Source of the DNA: Acidobacteriota bacterium | GTDB lineage: Bacteria > Acidobacteriota > UBA6911 > RPQK01 > CBDAPI01 | NCBI GenBank assembly: GCA_965205615.1 | Contig: CBDBHK010000020.1 | Span: 86,224-150,223 of the forward strand | Length of the DNA stretch: 64,000 bases | Reading direction: 5' to 3' | Shown: in pieces, positions 21,491-33,468 of the stretch | Layout: the number at the start of each line of letters is the position of its first letter | How positions within the stretch are numbered: position 1 is the first letter of the stretch | Program-made: the position numbers and the translations under genes | Notes under the pieces: model-generated | The model's input: only the letters and a program-made list of their open reading frames with translations | The model's database searches: none | What the model was told of the DNA's origin: nothing

Positions 21491-22969
21491 CTGGAAGCGT
21501 TAGAACACGTACTGCAGCCGCACGTCATCCTCGTTATCTGCTGCTCCGCACTCTACGGCGTCTTCATGGGCGCGGTTCCGGGCCTGACGGCAACCATGGC
21601 CGTGGCTCTGCTGGTCCCGGTCACCTTCTTTCTGGACGATATCCCTGCGCTGGCCGCGATCGTCACGCTCGAAGCCTGTGCGATCTTTGCCGGAGACATA
21701 CCCGCAGCCCTGCTTCGCATCCCCGGAACACCGTCTTCCGCCGCTTATGTCGCGGACTCCTATGCGCTGACGCAACAGGGCAAGGCCAGAAAGTGCCTCC
21801 TGGTGGCCCTCGTATTCAGCGTGGCCGGGGGATTGTTTGGGGCCGCCGTCCTGATCTCGAGTGCACCCTGGCTGGCCCGCATGACCCTCTACTTCTCCAC
21901 CTACGAGTTCTTCTGGCTGATTCTACTGGGCCTGACCTGTGGTGCATTCCTGTCCCGCCGCTCAGCTCTGAACGGGGTCATTGCGCTCTTGATCGGCCTG
22001 CTTCTCGCCGCAGTCGGGCTGAGTCGCGTTCACAACGCTCCCAGGCTCACTTTCGGCTACGACGAGCTCCTTGCAGGCATCAGCTTTATTCCCGCCATGA
22101 TCGGACTGTTCGGGGTTTCCGAGGTGTTCAAGGGGCTCCTGTCCCTGTCATTAGCGAAGGGAACCGGCGCCTCCCGGGCCACCAGGGATTCGTCGCTTCT
22201 GGCGGCTATCCGGGAACTGAGCCGGCGTAAGATGATCTGGCTCCGCTCCAGCATCACCGGGGCATCCATCGGAATGCTGCCGGGCGCCGGAGCGGATATC
22301 GGAGCCTGGGTTTCAATGGGAATTTCAAAGAGGCTGTCGCGAGAACCTCAGGAGTACGGGAAAGGCTCGCTCGAGGCAGTGGCTTCCGCGACTGCCGCCA
22401 ATAGTGCGGCACTGGCCGGATCGTGGATTCCTGCCCTGGTTTTCGGAATTCCGGGAGACTCCATAACGGCCATTGTTATCGGGGTCCTGCTCATGAAGAA
22501 CATCACACCCGGGCCCCGGATGTTCACGGATCCCGAGCAATCGGTCCTCGTCTACTCTATCTACTGGTGCTTCATCCTGGCCAACCTGGTCCTGATTCCC
22601 GTGGGAATCCTTGCAGTGAGAGCCAGTGCGCAGCTCGTCCGAGTTCCACGCAGTATCCTACTCCCCGTCATTCTTCTCTTCTGTTTTCTAGGGTCTTTTG
22701 CCATCAGGGGAAGCTACTTTGATGTGTGGGTGATGCTGGCCATGGGTGTACTGGGTCTGCTGCTCGAGGCCAGGACCGTCCCGCTCGGTCCCGTGGTTCT
22801 GGGAATCATCCTGGGGGCGAGACTGGAAGAGGCTTTTGTACAGAGCCTGGCCAAATCCACGTCCGCTCTTGACTTCGTGTCTCGCCCGGCAGCGGCAGCG
22901 CTGGCCGCAGTCTGTTTCCTGCTCTGGTTGTCGCCCTGGCTGTTCGGGAAAGCCACAGTCAAACGGTGA
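21491..22969 (+). CDS. tctA: tripartite tricarboxylate transporter permease TctA
   Basis: About 490 aa and polytopic. Duplicated TctA motifs (GAVPGLTATMAVALLVP ... GMLPGAGADIGAWVS). It overlaps the end of the tctCB gene. Confidence 0.8.
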   Translation: MEALEHVLQPHVILVICCSALYGVFMGAVPGLTATMAVALLVPVTFFLDDIPALAAIVTLEACAIFAGDIPAALLRIPGTPSSAAYVADSYALTQQGKARKCLLVALVFSVAGGLFGAAVLISSAPWLARMTLYFSTYEFFWLILLGLTCGAFLSRRSALNGVIALLIGLLLAAVGLSRVHNAPRLTFGYDELLAGISFIPAMIGLFGVSEVFKGLLSLSLAKGTGASRATRDSSLLAAIRELSRRKMIWLRSSITGASIGMLPGAGADIGAWVSMGISKRLSREPQEYGKGSLEAVASATAANSAALAGSWIPALVFGIPGDSITAIVIGVLLMKNITPGPRMFTDPEQSVLVYSIYWCFILANLVLIPVGILAVRASAQLVRVPRSILLPVILLFCFLGSFAIRGSYFDVWVMLAMGVLGLLLEARTVPLGPVVLGIILGARLEEAFVQSLAKSTSALDFVSRPAAAALAAVCFLLWLSPWLFGKATVKR

Positions 22970-23115
22970 CGTCTCACTTGAGACTCTCGACTGGCCACTT
23001 TCATTCCAGTGCGCAGCACCACCATGCTTTTCACTTATAATCTGTAAGGTGCCATTGTGATTCTTGACTGGACGTGCCCCAGCCCATCCATAGTCAAAAA
23101 GGTGCTCAGGTGACA

Positions 23116-24042
23116 ATGAAAGCAACCATACTGGTAACCGGGGGCGCCGGATTTATCGGCTCTCACGTGGTGGATTTATTGCTCGACGAAGGCTACGAGG
23201 TTGCGGTGGTCGACGATCTCTCAACTGGGACGATCGGCAACATCCCCTCCAGAGCGTCGTTTTACAAAAGCGACATTCGAGGTGAGGGCCTGGAGGACGT
23301 TTTCCGGGTTATCCACCCCGACTATGTCTTACATCAGGCTGCCCGGGCCAACGTCCGCGAATCGCTCGAAAAGCCCGTTCTCTACGCCGACGTCAACCTT
23401 GTCGGCTCGGTGAACGTGTTGGATTTATGCCGAAAATACGGCGTGAAAAAGTTGGTCTATGCTTCCACCGGGGGGGCCGTGTACGGCGAACCTGAACAGC
23501 TTCCGGTTGAAGAGAACCACCCCGTCCGCCCTCTAGATCACTACGGCGCCAGCAAACACCACGTGGAGCACCACCTGCACATTTCCTGGCTCAACCACGG
23601 GCTGAAGTTCACGACCCTGCGCTATCCGAACGTATACGGACCGCGCCAGGATCCCTATGGCGAAGCGGGTGTGGTGGCGATTTTTGCTTCCAGCATGCTG
23701 GCGGGCGAGGAAGTAACCATTAACGGAAGCGGCGACCAGGAGCGCGACTTCGTGTATGTCGAAGACATCGCCAGAGCGAATCTCCTGGCGTTGACCGCCG
23801 GAGGCTGCAAGGAATACAACCTCGGCACCGGTGCGGTGACTTCGGTGAACCAGGTCTTCCAGGCGCTTCAGGAACTAACGGGGTACGAGAAGGAACCCGT
23901 TTACGGACCGCCCAAACAGGGGGAAGTCTTAAAGACGTCCCTGGCCTCCGAGGCGGCACTCGAGGATCTGGACTGGATTGCAGAGGTCAATCTGGAGGAT
24001 GGACTGGCCCGAACCGTCGAGAGCTTCAGCCGCCCAGGTTAG
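23116..24042 (+). CDS. NAD-dependent epimerase/dehydratase (UDP-glucose 4-epimerase GalE-like)
   Basis: MKATILVTGGAGFIGSHVV, the YxxxK motif YGASKHHVE, and length ~308 aa. Confidence 0.85.
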   Translation: MKATILVTGGAGFIGSHVVDLLLDEGYEVAVVDDLSTGTIGNIPSRASFYKSDIRGEGLEDVFRVIHPDYVLHQAARANVRESLEKPVLYADVNLVGSVNVLDLCRKYGVKKLVYASTGGAVYGEPEQLPVEENHPVRPLDHYGASKHHVEHHLHISWLNHGLKFTTLRYPNVYGPRQDPYGEAGVVAIFASSMLAGEEVTINGSGDQERDFVYVEDIARANLLALTAGGCKEYNLGTGAVTSVNQVFQALQELTGYEKEPVYGPPKQGEVLKTSLASEAALEDLDWIAEVNLEDGLARTVESFSRPG

Positions 24043-27000
24043 GGGTGTCCGTTTCATCCCCGTCCGCCACCGACACCCGGATCTCGTCGCTGTTACACCG
24101 GATCTCAGGCACATACATGGCATAACCCACAGGGGCAGCGCATGAAACTCCCCCGGGGTTTCCGCACGCAGCTCGTAGCGCAACTCCCAGAAACCCTGGG
24201 GCAGTTTGTCCACGAAAAAAGCCACCTTACGGTCACGCAGCTCGCGGTGCACCCATCGAGTTCTGCCCGTCAGCCGATTGGGATCGGCTTCCATAACCTT
24301 CTGGACCTTCGGGTTGGATCCTGCGACCGCGACCGCGTTCGATTTGAGCTGGCGGGCATAGACCGGGCCCCCGCTGCGCAGGGCGACCGATTCCAGCCCG
24401 GCCGGCTTCAGATCTTCGAAAACCAGGTACTCGTAGTTGTTCTTGGCTTCGATCTCGAGTACGACCTCAACGCGGTCGCCGCTCTTCACAACATCCCCTT
24501 CCTTCATCGCGACTCGCTCCAGCGAGTGGCCGTTCAGGAGGGTCGGCCGCGGCACCAGCCGATAGTACTCACGGCGGCTGAAAATCTCATGCCCTTCAGC
24601 CCGAATCGGCTCTTCCAGGCTGAAGAACCGGGCTTCCACCATGTAGTAGAGGGGAGAGTCTCCGCGGGTTCGCTGAATCTCAATCTGGTTCTCACCATCC
24701 AGGACCCAATCGGCCTCAACCAGGAAGCGACTGGGGGCGGAGAGGAGCTCGGCACCCGCCAGGGAACGCTCGGCAAGCGTTTTTCCGTTGACCCTGACCA
24801 GGAATCCGACCTCCTGTTCGAGCTCCCCGCTGGCTTCCAGGTAGTCGTTGAGCGCCAGGACGACGATCGCTGTGTCGCGAGTGCTGCTCCACTGCGCCCC
24901 TCGGCGATTCTTGATCAGCCAGTTGATCACGGGTTCCACGAGCTCGTGATCGGGACGGATCTGAAGCAGGGCCCGCAGGGCAAAGGCGGTCGCCTCCACT
25001 CCTCCCTCAGACCACCGCCAGCGGATTCCATCCTCGCCCCAGTGAGCCGTGGGCAGTCCGGTCGTGCCTCGAGACGCCCCTTGAAGCAGACGGGAGTGAG
25101 TGGGCAGGCCGTCGCGCTTGACTCCATTCTCCAGATTCTCCAGTAGTGTTTCCGCCCTGGGCCGATTGTTCATCTGATGGGCACTGAGCGCCAGCAGGGC
25201 GCGAGTGTAGGCGTTCAAGCGGTCGCGATGATCCCAGAGATGATTGAAAGCATTGACCTGAAAGGAGCTGGGGCCGCTGCGACTCACGGACCGGTAGGCA
25301 CTGAGTGCGTGCAGCATCCAGGACTGCAGATCCGGAGTCGTCTCGGCCTCCACGATTTCCTGGTCGAGAAACCGGGCAGCGCGCTGCAGAACATCACTCC
25401 TGACATCCATTTCAGCTTCCAGCGCCACACTCAATCCCCACACCACATAAGCCGTCATGAAGTGATCACTGTCCCCTTCTTTCCACCAGCCCCACCCGCC
25501 GTCGGCGTGCTGAAAGTCGTAGAGACGGCCGAGGCCCCTCTCCATCATGTCGTTCAGCAACTTCAGGTCCCTGGGGCCCTTTCTGTGGGTCTGAGAAGCC
25601 GTTTCCGCCTCGATGCCTCCAAACATCTTCCCGGCGATGTCTTCGGGTCGGAGTCCGAGCCGCTCCAGGGTTCTGGCCGTGATGGCAGCCGGGAGGAAGC
25701 GGCTCATGGTTTGCTCGACACAGCCGTACGGGTAGTCGATCAGGTAGGGAAGGGCATCCAGCATAGTCACCGCCAGGCTGGGGGTAACCTGCACGGTCAA
25801 GCGGGTGCTGCCGGGCTTTCGGTCCGGCAGGTCGAGTGGAATCCGCACCAGCTCGCCGATCGATTTTCCGGAGGTCGCGATCAGCTTCTCAATTCCATGC
25901 TCGAAAACGGGATACAACTTCTCCATCGCGTCCGAATGCGATGCAGCCCGGGCCACAACCTTGAGACGCGCCTCCCCTGGATGCTTCACCTTGAACTGCC
26001 AGTCGACCCGGGCGTCATTGTCCGCTTCCACTAAAACGTGCTGCCTCTGGGCCGTCAGGGGAGTGCCCAGACCGGCCGCCAGCAGCTCGACCTGTGCGGT
26101 CAGTCTTTTGCGGGTGTGGTTGTTGACCACTGCGGAGACGGTCACGGTGTCGCCGGCCAGAAAGAAACGGGGCGCCTGCAAGCGGACCATAAGGGGCTGG
26201 TTGGTGACGACCGTTGTGGTCCCCTGCCCAAAGTTGTCGCCAGCGCTGACGGCTCGAGCCGTAGCCCGCCAGGTCGTGAGGGTGTCATTGAAAGTAACCG
26301 GCACGATCGCCTTGCCATCCTCGCCGGTGACGACACCGGGAACCCAGGCCACCGTGGTCCTGAAGTCACTGCGAACCTGGACAGCTCCCGGTGGTGGGGC
26401 GCCGGCCGGTGCCGATGCCTTCTGGGCAACCGCGTAGCCTGCAACTTCCATACTTGCGTTCAAGGCGAAGCCTTCGCGGCGGACCTCCGATTCCGATACG
26501 GCATCCGCGGCCATGTAGCGCTTGGCACTCCCGCGATTCCGCGAGTCCCGACCCAGTTCACCGCCGGCGATGCCCCGCGCTACGCCTCCCCCCCGGTCTT
26601 GCCGGGCCCCCGCAACAACGAGGTCCCCTGCTTTGTTCTCCTCCAGACGCAGATATTGCTTCTGCTGAAAGGTGCTCTGGGTCTGCACGTTGAGCCCTCT
26701 CTTCTTGCCGAAGAAAAAACGCAGCGGATCGGATGCATAGTCGTCCTGAATGGCGTAGACGGATTCGTCCACAACCCCGAGGGCAACCTCAGCTGAAACC
26801 GGATTCCCGTTTTCATCGCGGGTGATCAACGTGATGCGGCCACTTCCTCCGGGACTGTACTCCTCCCGATCGGCTGAGAGTTCTACGCTGATTGCGTTTT
26901 GAGAAGGAGGGACCATCAACTGTTCGGTGTCCTCGTAGATCTGCGTGTCGGACACCATGACGGCTCTGAGGAAGACATTGGGCACGTGTTCGGCCCCGAT

Positions 27001-29930
27001 GTCGATTTGAACCAGCTTGACCGTCCCTTCCAGATGGATGACCTGGTAGCTGTGGAGATCTTCAGCCTCGACGCTCAGAAGCACCCAGCGATCGCTGGTA
27101 TGGCCGGCGAGCATGGCCGTCAGGGGCTGTCCGACCCGGGCCATATCACTGTCCAACACAATATCGAGACCGCTGTGACGGTATCCGAGCTCACGACTCG
27201 TGTTGTCTCCGACCCAGATCTGGCCTCCGACTGGACCGGAAAATCGGCTTCGCGGTCACTGACCCAGCGAATCCGATAATAGCCCTCACTGCGGGTGGGA
27301 AAGGTCAACTTCGCCTTCCCTTCCTGATCTGTTCGAGTGCGGCGGACAAGCACTTCTTCGTCTCGATAGCCGCGGTGCTTGAGGCGCCAGCCCGGCGGAA
27401 GACTCATGGAGGGGCCCGTCCGGCTCTTGCGCAACTCCGACCCAGAGACCTCGCGACCCCGATGATCCACCCACACCTCTGCCCACCGGCTCTGATAGAC
27501 GGTCACGGTTCCTGCGGCCGGGAAGGGCTGCTGATTCGCATCCAGAGTCCGCACTTCCATCTCGACCCGGTCCCCGGGCCGATAGAGATGATGACCCGGT
27601 TCCAGGTAGGCGAAGTAACGTTGCCGGGTCACCCGGACGTTTCCGCTGGAAACGACCTCGCGGCGGGAGGAATCGCGTACCCGCGCCTCGATCTCGTACT
27701 CGACGTCCTGCAACCCCACGGATCCCGTGTCGATCTTGACCGAGGCATACCCGGCCTGGTCCGTCTTCACGCTCACCCGCTTGACCTCCTGACCTCGCCA
27801 CCCTCCGTAGTGACGGTTCCAGGTCTGGCCGGGATCTCTCAGCCAGGAAAATTCGTCCGTCTGTCGCCAGAAGTGTTGAAACGGTCGCTGGAAGACGATC
27901 ACCTCGGCTTCGGCTCCGACCACGGGCCCTCCAAAGTAGTACTCGGTCCTGATCTTGACCTCGACCTCTTCCCCCAGGGAAAAAACCCGGGCGCGATCGT
28001 CTTCGCGGGGAGGCTCGACCTGGACCCGGAATTCGGGCAGTTTGTATTCCTCCAGCCGGAGCAGGGTGGCTGAGCCGATGTGGTGTTGCCAACCCTGATC
28101 CCAGAAGTTGATCTGGTACTCTCCCAGAGGCATGCTCGCCGTCAGGTCCAGGCTGCCCGAGGCGCTGCCGAAGCGATTGAGGGTGACCGTGGCTTTCTCG
28201 ACTCGGACCCCCTTGGGATCCGTGATCTCGATATCGATTTCCTCATCCGAGGGGGTCCGGTAACCCTGTGGAGACTCCAGTCTGGCCACCAGTTTCCAGT
28301 GTGCCGATTCTCCCGGACGGTAGGCCGGGCGATCGGCCAGCACATACACCTTCCAGTCTGATGCCTGGGGAGAGTACCCGTAGCCCAGGCTGAAGGCCTG
28401 CTGGTCTTTGCGCGAAACAGCGGCAAAGAAGCTGTGGCTGTTGTTTCCTTCCCGGCTGAATCTGACCATGGCGATCCCTTCGTCATCCGCTCGCCCCCGG
28501 CGCACCTGCCAGGTGTCATTCCGATTGGAATAACGCCAGATGGCGTATTCGGCTCCAGCCACGGGAGACCCGTCCAGGGCGCTGCAAACGTAGAGGAGCG
28601 TATGGGTGCCCTGAGTCTTGAGGATCAGAGAGGTCTCGGTGACGAGGATCAGGTCACGCGCTTCCTCACCGCCTGCTCTGGCAACCACGAGATAGGCTCC
28701 CGGCGGCAGCTTTTCCACTCTTTCCTGGGCTGAGCCCGGGCGGTGATCACCTGCATCGTCAATTGATTTCGACCAGGTCCGAAGGGGCTCCCTGCCCCGG
28801 ACGTGAACCGTGTCAATCCAGTTGACCTGTTTTGTTTCTACGTGCAGGGTCACCTCATCGACCAGGTCTACCGGATACACTTCCAGGCGAACGGAAGAGA
28901 CATTGCGCCAGTTGAGGTGGAGCTGGATCTCGGAATCCGGCAAAAAGACACTCGAGACAGTGATTCCGACCTTCGGCCTAGTCGTCTCGCGGAGTAGATT
29001 CCGTGCCTGGTCGTAAAAGCGTGTTTCACCCTTGGAGTACTCCTGGAGCAGTCTTGTCAGGAGCTGAACCGCCCGGACATAGTCGGGCTGGTTGTACCAC
29101 TGGCCGTTTTCCCGGAGACGGATTTCGCCGGTGTTGGCCATGAATTGAGCAAACCGAAAAAGGGCGTCGTCATACCAGTTCGCTTTTCGTCCAGCCTCCA
29201 ACGCCGCCGAGAAGTGTTTTTCGGCCCGCCGCTTCTGGGTCCAGTTGCCCTGGGACGTCAGGGTCGTCGCCAGCAGGTAGTGGGCCCGGGTCCTTTCCTC
29301 GTCGCTGCGGGCGAGGTTGAGAACGTTCTGGAGAACGGGCAGCGGTAAATAGTTGCCGTAGTACCCGTAGTAGTAATGCTGCTCCTGCCAGTGAGGAAGG
29401 CTCACTGCAAAAACCAGTCCCAGATATCGGAGGCGCGCCGCCTCCAGATCCTGTAACCCGGCCCAGTAATCGAGCGCCTTCTGATAGTAGGGCCAGGCCT
29501 GATGCCAGTTGCGGGAATCGCGGCGCATCCAGTAGTAGTCTCCCAGCGACTGGTTGATCTCTGCCGCAACCAGGTCATCCGACTCTTTTTGCAGCAGGTC
29601 CCGGAGTTGCCGCTCTGCCTCCTCGAGTTGAGAAGAATCAGAGGATTGAGTGGAGGCCCTGGATCTCCACAGGGTATCCGCCAGTCGAAAGTCCAACCAG
29701 CGCGCCTGAGCGGGGCCGAGTTGCAGTTCTCTGGCCCGGAGATAGGTTTGATGGGCCCGCTGAAAAGATTTTTCGGAATAATGCTGCTCTGCGGCCCTGC
29801 GAATGGAGGTGTAGTCCCCGTAATTGACGGGTTCGGGCTGAGGGCGCCCCGAGAGCGGGCTCTGTCCCGTCTGCCAGGTCAGGATGGTTAGAAAGGCTAA
29901 CGACAGAAGCGCTGAAACGGTAATTCTCAT
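23929..29930 (-). pseudogene. alpha-2-macroglobulin family protein (~2000 aa) split into two ORFs by an apparent frameshift near 27160..27245
   Basis: ORF 27120..29930 has a signal peptide, an N-terminal repeat region and MG domains. ORF 23929..27159 continues with MG, thioester/TED-like and receptor-binding-like regions. The second frame stays open upstream of its M (…IWVGDNTSRELGYRHSGLDIVLDSD), so the two ORFs overlap by 40 nt. A T4 run lies at the likely slip site. Confidence 0.75.
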
Positions 29931-30140
29931 GACATGTCCCTTCCCGGGAATGGATTCTCTTGCTCTTGGTCACCCGGAGGCCCCAATTGTGCCCCTTCCG
30001 TCTGTTAACGCACGAGAACTCCTTTTCTTAGAGTAAGAGACGGGAAGTTTGGTTCTGTTTCGCTCGGGGCTGACAAGCTGACATTCTTTTGAGGGTGGGT
30101 GGCGCTTTGGGGGGGCGGCCTTGGGGCGGCGGCGGGCCTG

Positions 30141-31283
30141 TCAGCCGGTCCGGGCGTGCCGGTGAAGGGCTTTCCGGATCAGCAGAAACTCTCCCAGATT
30201 CTCAGAATTCACAATCCCGAGCAGTCGGCCGTCGCGGACGACCGGAAGGGTCCGACACTCGCACTCCTGCAAACGCTGAAAGGCGCTTTGCGCCATTTCG
30301 GCAGGGTCGGCCACCTGAAACTCCCGGTCCATGACCTCCGTCACGTATCCGTCCTGGCCCTGGCTGGCCAGAGCCGACATCAGCCGAGAGCGGGTCAGAA
30401 CGCCCACCACAACCCCCCGGTCAAGCACCGGGAAGTCCTGCTGCGATCCGGCCAGGATGTGGTTGACGGCGCTGGAGAGCCGGTCCTGGTCAGAGAGCGT
30501 CTGGAAATCGGTCATCATCAAATGGCTGACGGGAATACCCCGCAAAGCCGTTCTCATCTGGATCATACTGGCCTCCCCGGCCGCGCCCATCCACACGAAA
30601 AGGGCGATGAAAACCAGGAAGGGGTTGCTGAACAGACCGACGAATCCGAAAAGAAGGGCCAGAACCTGCCCCGTCGTGGCGGCGATTTCCGTGGCACGAA
30701 CATAGTCGAGGCGAAGAGCCAGCAATGCTCTGAGCACTCTGCCGCCATCCATCGGGAATGCCGGAATCAGGTTGAAGACGGCCAGCACGATGTTGACCCA
30801 GAACATCTTGACCAGGAAGTTGCCGCCCACCATCTGCAGATTCTGCGGCTCTGCAAGGGTACCGGTTGGGCCCAGAAAGAGCGCCAGCGCGGCAGCCAGC
30901 GCAATGTTGACAGCCGGTCCCGCCAGTGCCACCAGGAGTTCCTGGCGCGGGTCCTCGGGCATGCGCTCGAGTCGTGCAACCCCTCCTATGGGCAATAGCG
31001 TAATATCCCGGGTGGCGATCCCGAAGCGCCGGGCCGTGAGAGCGTGGCCCAGCTCGTGCAGCACCACGATCCCGAAAAGAATGGTGATGAACACGAGACC
31101 GTACAGAGCGTCGGTGAGACTCTGTCGGTCCAGATAATAGTTGAGGCCGACCCAGACCAGGAGCAGTAGAAACGTGACGTGCATGAACACGTCGATTCCG
31201 GCGAGTCTGCCCAGATTCCAGGACCACTTCATTCCGGATCCATTGTGGCCGACCGCGGGAGTGAAGACAAATTCCTTCATTCT
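30141..31283 (-). CDS. site-2 protease (M50 family) with a C-terminal CBS-domain pair
   Basis: HELGHAL (HExxH) in a TM helix, then LPIGGVARL, multiple TM helices, and two C-terminal CBS-like repeats. The probable start is MKEFVFTPAV. The ORF-track extension to 31610 is a 5' artefact. Confidence 0.8.
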   Translation of the reverse strand, partial: RMKEFVFTPAVGHNGSGMKWSWNLGRLAGIDVFMHVTFLLLLVWVGLNYYLDRQSLTDALYGLVFITILFGIVVLHELGHALTARRFGIATRDITLLPIGGVARLERMPEDPRQELLVALAGPAVNIALAAALALFLGPTGTLAEPQNLQMVGGNFLVKMFWVNIVLAVFNLIPAFPMDGGRVLRALLALRLDYVRATEIAATTGQVLALLFGFVGLFSNPFLVFIALFVWMGAAGEASMIQMRTALRGIPVSHLMMTDFQTLSDQDRLSSAVNHILAGSQQDFPVLDRGVVVGVLTRSRLMSALASQGQDGYVTEVMDREFQVADPAEMAQSAFQRLQECECRTLPVVRDGRLLGIVNSENLGEFLLIRKALHRHARTG

Positions 31284-31320
31284 TCGCTCTTTGATATACT
31301 CCCGCCGAGGTTGAAGAATC

Positions 31321-31869
31321 ATGAATCTACTTGACGCAATCCTGAACGCAAAGGAGGGTGGGGCAGCCCGACAGCTGGGCAGTGACTTCGGACTCGGAGC
31401 CGCAGAGACCAAGTCGGCCCTCTCGCAGCTGCTCCCGGCACTCTCCAGCGGCCTCAAACAGAACGCCTCATCGCAGGACGGTCTGCAGAGTCTGCTTTCG
31501 GCCCTGGGGAAAGGCAACCATTCCAAGTATCTGGACAACCCTTCCTCACTTGGGGCCTCTGATACGGTCAAGGATGGTAACGGAATTCTGGGCCATTTGC
31601 TGGGGAGCAAGGACGTCAGCCGTCGTGTGGCCGGGCAAGCCTCTCAACAGACCGGGCTGGGCGAGGGACTCCTGAAGAAGATGCTGCCCGTGGTCGCCCC
31701 CATGGCCATGGGGGCCCTGAGCAAGCAGGCCTCTCAGCCCGGCTTCCAGAGCCAGGTCGCGGGAGGGAGTTCGAGCGGTATTCTCGGAATGCTCTCGCCG
31801 TTTCTGGACGCCGACAAGGACGGCTCGGTGGCGGATGATCTCCTGGGCATGGCAAAGAAGTTCTTTTAG
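31321..31869 (+). CDS. DUF937 (YidB-like) family protein
   Basis: MNLLDAILNAKEGGAARQLGSDFGL… and a Gly/Ser-rich low-complexity body typical of DUF937. Confidence 0.75.
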   Translation: MNLLDAILNAKEGGAARQLGSDFGLGAAETKSALSQLLPALSSGLKQNASSQDGLQSLLSALGKGNHSKYLDNPSSLGASDTVKDGNGILGHLLGSKDVSRRVAGQASQQTGLGEGLLKKMLPVVAPMAMGALSKQASQPGFQSQVAGGSSSGILGMLSPFLDADKDGSVADDLLGMAKKFF

Positions 31870-31967
31870 GCCAGAGGCTCCCTTTCCCTGAGTTGAGGAA
31901 CGGATTCTCCGGGAGAATCCAGCGGAGCGCCCGGATCGCGCTTCGAAAACCCGTTGGAGGGAACCCT

Positions 31968-33458
31968 ATGGATACCCGTCTCGCTCGAATGTCGCTGGTT
32001 TTCTTTCTGTTCCTGGGCCTTTTCACTTCGCCGGTCCGGAGCCAGACCAAAGTGAAACCCGGCTTCAACCTGTTCTCCGCCGAACAGGACATCGAGATCG
32101 GGAAACAGTCAGCTCAGGAGGTGGAAAAGCAATTACCCGTACTCAAGGACTCCACGGTGCAGACCTACGTGGCGCGTATAGGAGACCGGCTGGCCAAGGT
32201 CGTCCAGGGGCCCGAATATCCGTATCAGTTCAAAGTCATCAACGTTTCGGATGTCAACGCGTTCGCCCTTCCGGACGGCTTCATGTACGTGAATCGAGGC
32301 CTGATCGAGGCCGCCAAGAGTGAAGCGGAGCTGGCCGGGGTGATGGCTCACGAGATCTCGCATGTTGCGATCAGGCACGGCACCAACCAGGCGAGCAAGG
32401 CCTATATGGCCCAGGCCGGCCTCGGCGTGCTGGGCGGCGTGCTGGGCGGAAGTGCAACCGGGGACATCATTGGCGCGGTGGGTGGTTTTGGCCTCAACAC
32501 CGTCTTCTTGAAATTCGGCCGCCAGGCCGAGGAACAGGCCGACGTCGTGGGAGCTCAGACGTTGGCCAGAGCCGGGTACGATCCGCTGGCCATGGCCGAC
32601 TTCTTCGAGACACTGCGAGAAATGTCGGGCAGGGACCCGGGCAGATTTCAAACTTTTTTCAGCAGCCACCCGGCCCCCGGCAACCGGGCCGCGCGCATTG
32701 AAGAGGAAGTCCAGCTCCTGGGGCCGACTCAGAAGCGCCGCGACGTCGGAAGCTTTTACCGTATCAAGGCCCATCTGGACCGATTGCCGGATGCACCGTC
32801 CATGCAGGCACTGGCGGGAGCGCCCACCGATTCGGCCCCCGAGTCGGGGAGTGGCCGGTCCCCCGATCCGGCCCCGGATCAGGTTGAAGCTCCCTCCGGT
32901 CAGATGCAGCTTTTTGAGCAGCGCGAAGGGGCCTTTCGAATCCGCTACCCTTCCAACTGGAGCTCTTATGAGTCAGAGAACGACTGGAGCACGACCCTGG
33001 CCCCTGCGGGAAGAGTCCAGAAGGGAGCTGACGGAGAGAGCCAGATTGTGTATGGAGTTCTGGTCAGTCACTTCAAGCCACCCGACGGCTCCTCTCGCGA
33101 CGCAGACGAGGGCACTTCCGCCCCCTTCCGGGGCAAAGGCGCACTGGAACGCTCCGGGAACGCTCTGGTTGAAGCGCTACTCCAGGGAAACGACTACTTG
33201 CGGCCCATGGCGAGGTCGGCGGGAGAACAGCTAGTCGATGGCGAAAGAGCCCTCTCCCTGAAGCTTTCCGGCCGGTCGCCCACCACCGGGGAGATTGAAC
33301 GAGTCACTCTTGTGCTCAGGCCCCTCCCTAACGCCGAGCTTGTTTTCCTGGTCCTGGTGGCACCGGTGAAGCGCTCGACCGAGGTCGAACGGCTCCTCAA
33401 ACCGATGCTGTCGAGTCTCAGCGTCAATGACCGGGCGATCGCCGGTCCTAGTCGGTGA
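31968..33458 (+). CDS. M48-family zinc metallopeptidase (BepA/YfgC-like) with a signal peptide
   Basis: MDTRLARMSLVFFLFLGLF signal. HEISHVAIRH is the HExxH motif. A downstream E is present in AEEQADVVGAQ. Confidence 0.8.
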   Translation: MDTRLARMSLVFFLFLGLFTSPVRSQTKVKPGFNLFSAEQDIEIGKQSAQEVEKQLPVLKDSTVQTYVARIGDRLAKVVQGPEYPYQFKVINVSDVNAFALPDGFMYVNRGLIEAAKSEAELAGVMAHEISHVAIRHGTNQASKAYMAQAGLGVLGGVLGGSATGDIIGAVGGFGLNTVFLKFGRQAEEQADVVGAQTLARAGYDPLAMADFFETLREMSGRDPGRFQTFFSSHPAPGNRAARIEEEVQLLGPTQKRRDVGSFYRIKAHLDRLPDAPSMQALAGAPTDSAPESGSGRSPDPAPDQVEAPSGQMQLFEQREGAFRIRYPSNWSSYESENDWSTTLAPAGRVQKGADGESQIVYGVLVSHFKPPDGSSRDADEGTSAPFRGKGALERSGNALVEALLQGNDYLRPMARSAGEQLVDGERALSLKLSGRSPTTGEIERVTLVLRPLPNAELVFLVLVAPVKRSTEVERLLKPMLSSLSVNDRAIAGPSR

Positions 33459-33468
33459 CGGCAGGGTT

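Noticed and set aside
24142-26796. Multiple 250-330-aa plus-strand ORFs across the alpha-2-macroglobulin locus
   Set aside because: They are antisense to a continuous ~2000-aa alpha-2-macroglobulin reading frame.
30099-30998. 299-aa plus-strand ORF and several 60-250-aa ORFs antisense to the site-2 protease gene
   Set aside because: They overlap a well-supported M50 protease/CBS gene. Their composition is Arg/Pro/Gly-rich, as expected from GC-rich antisense translation.
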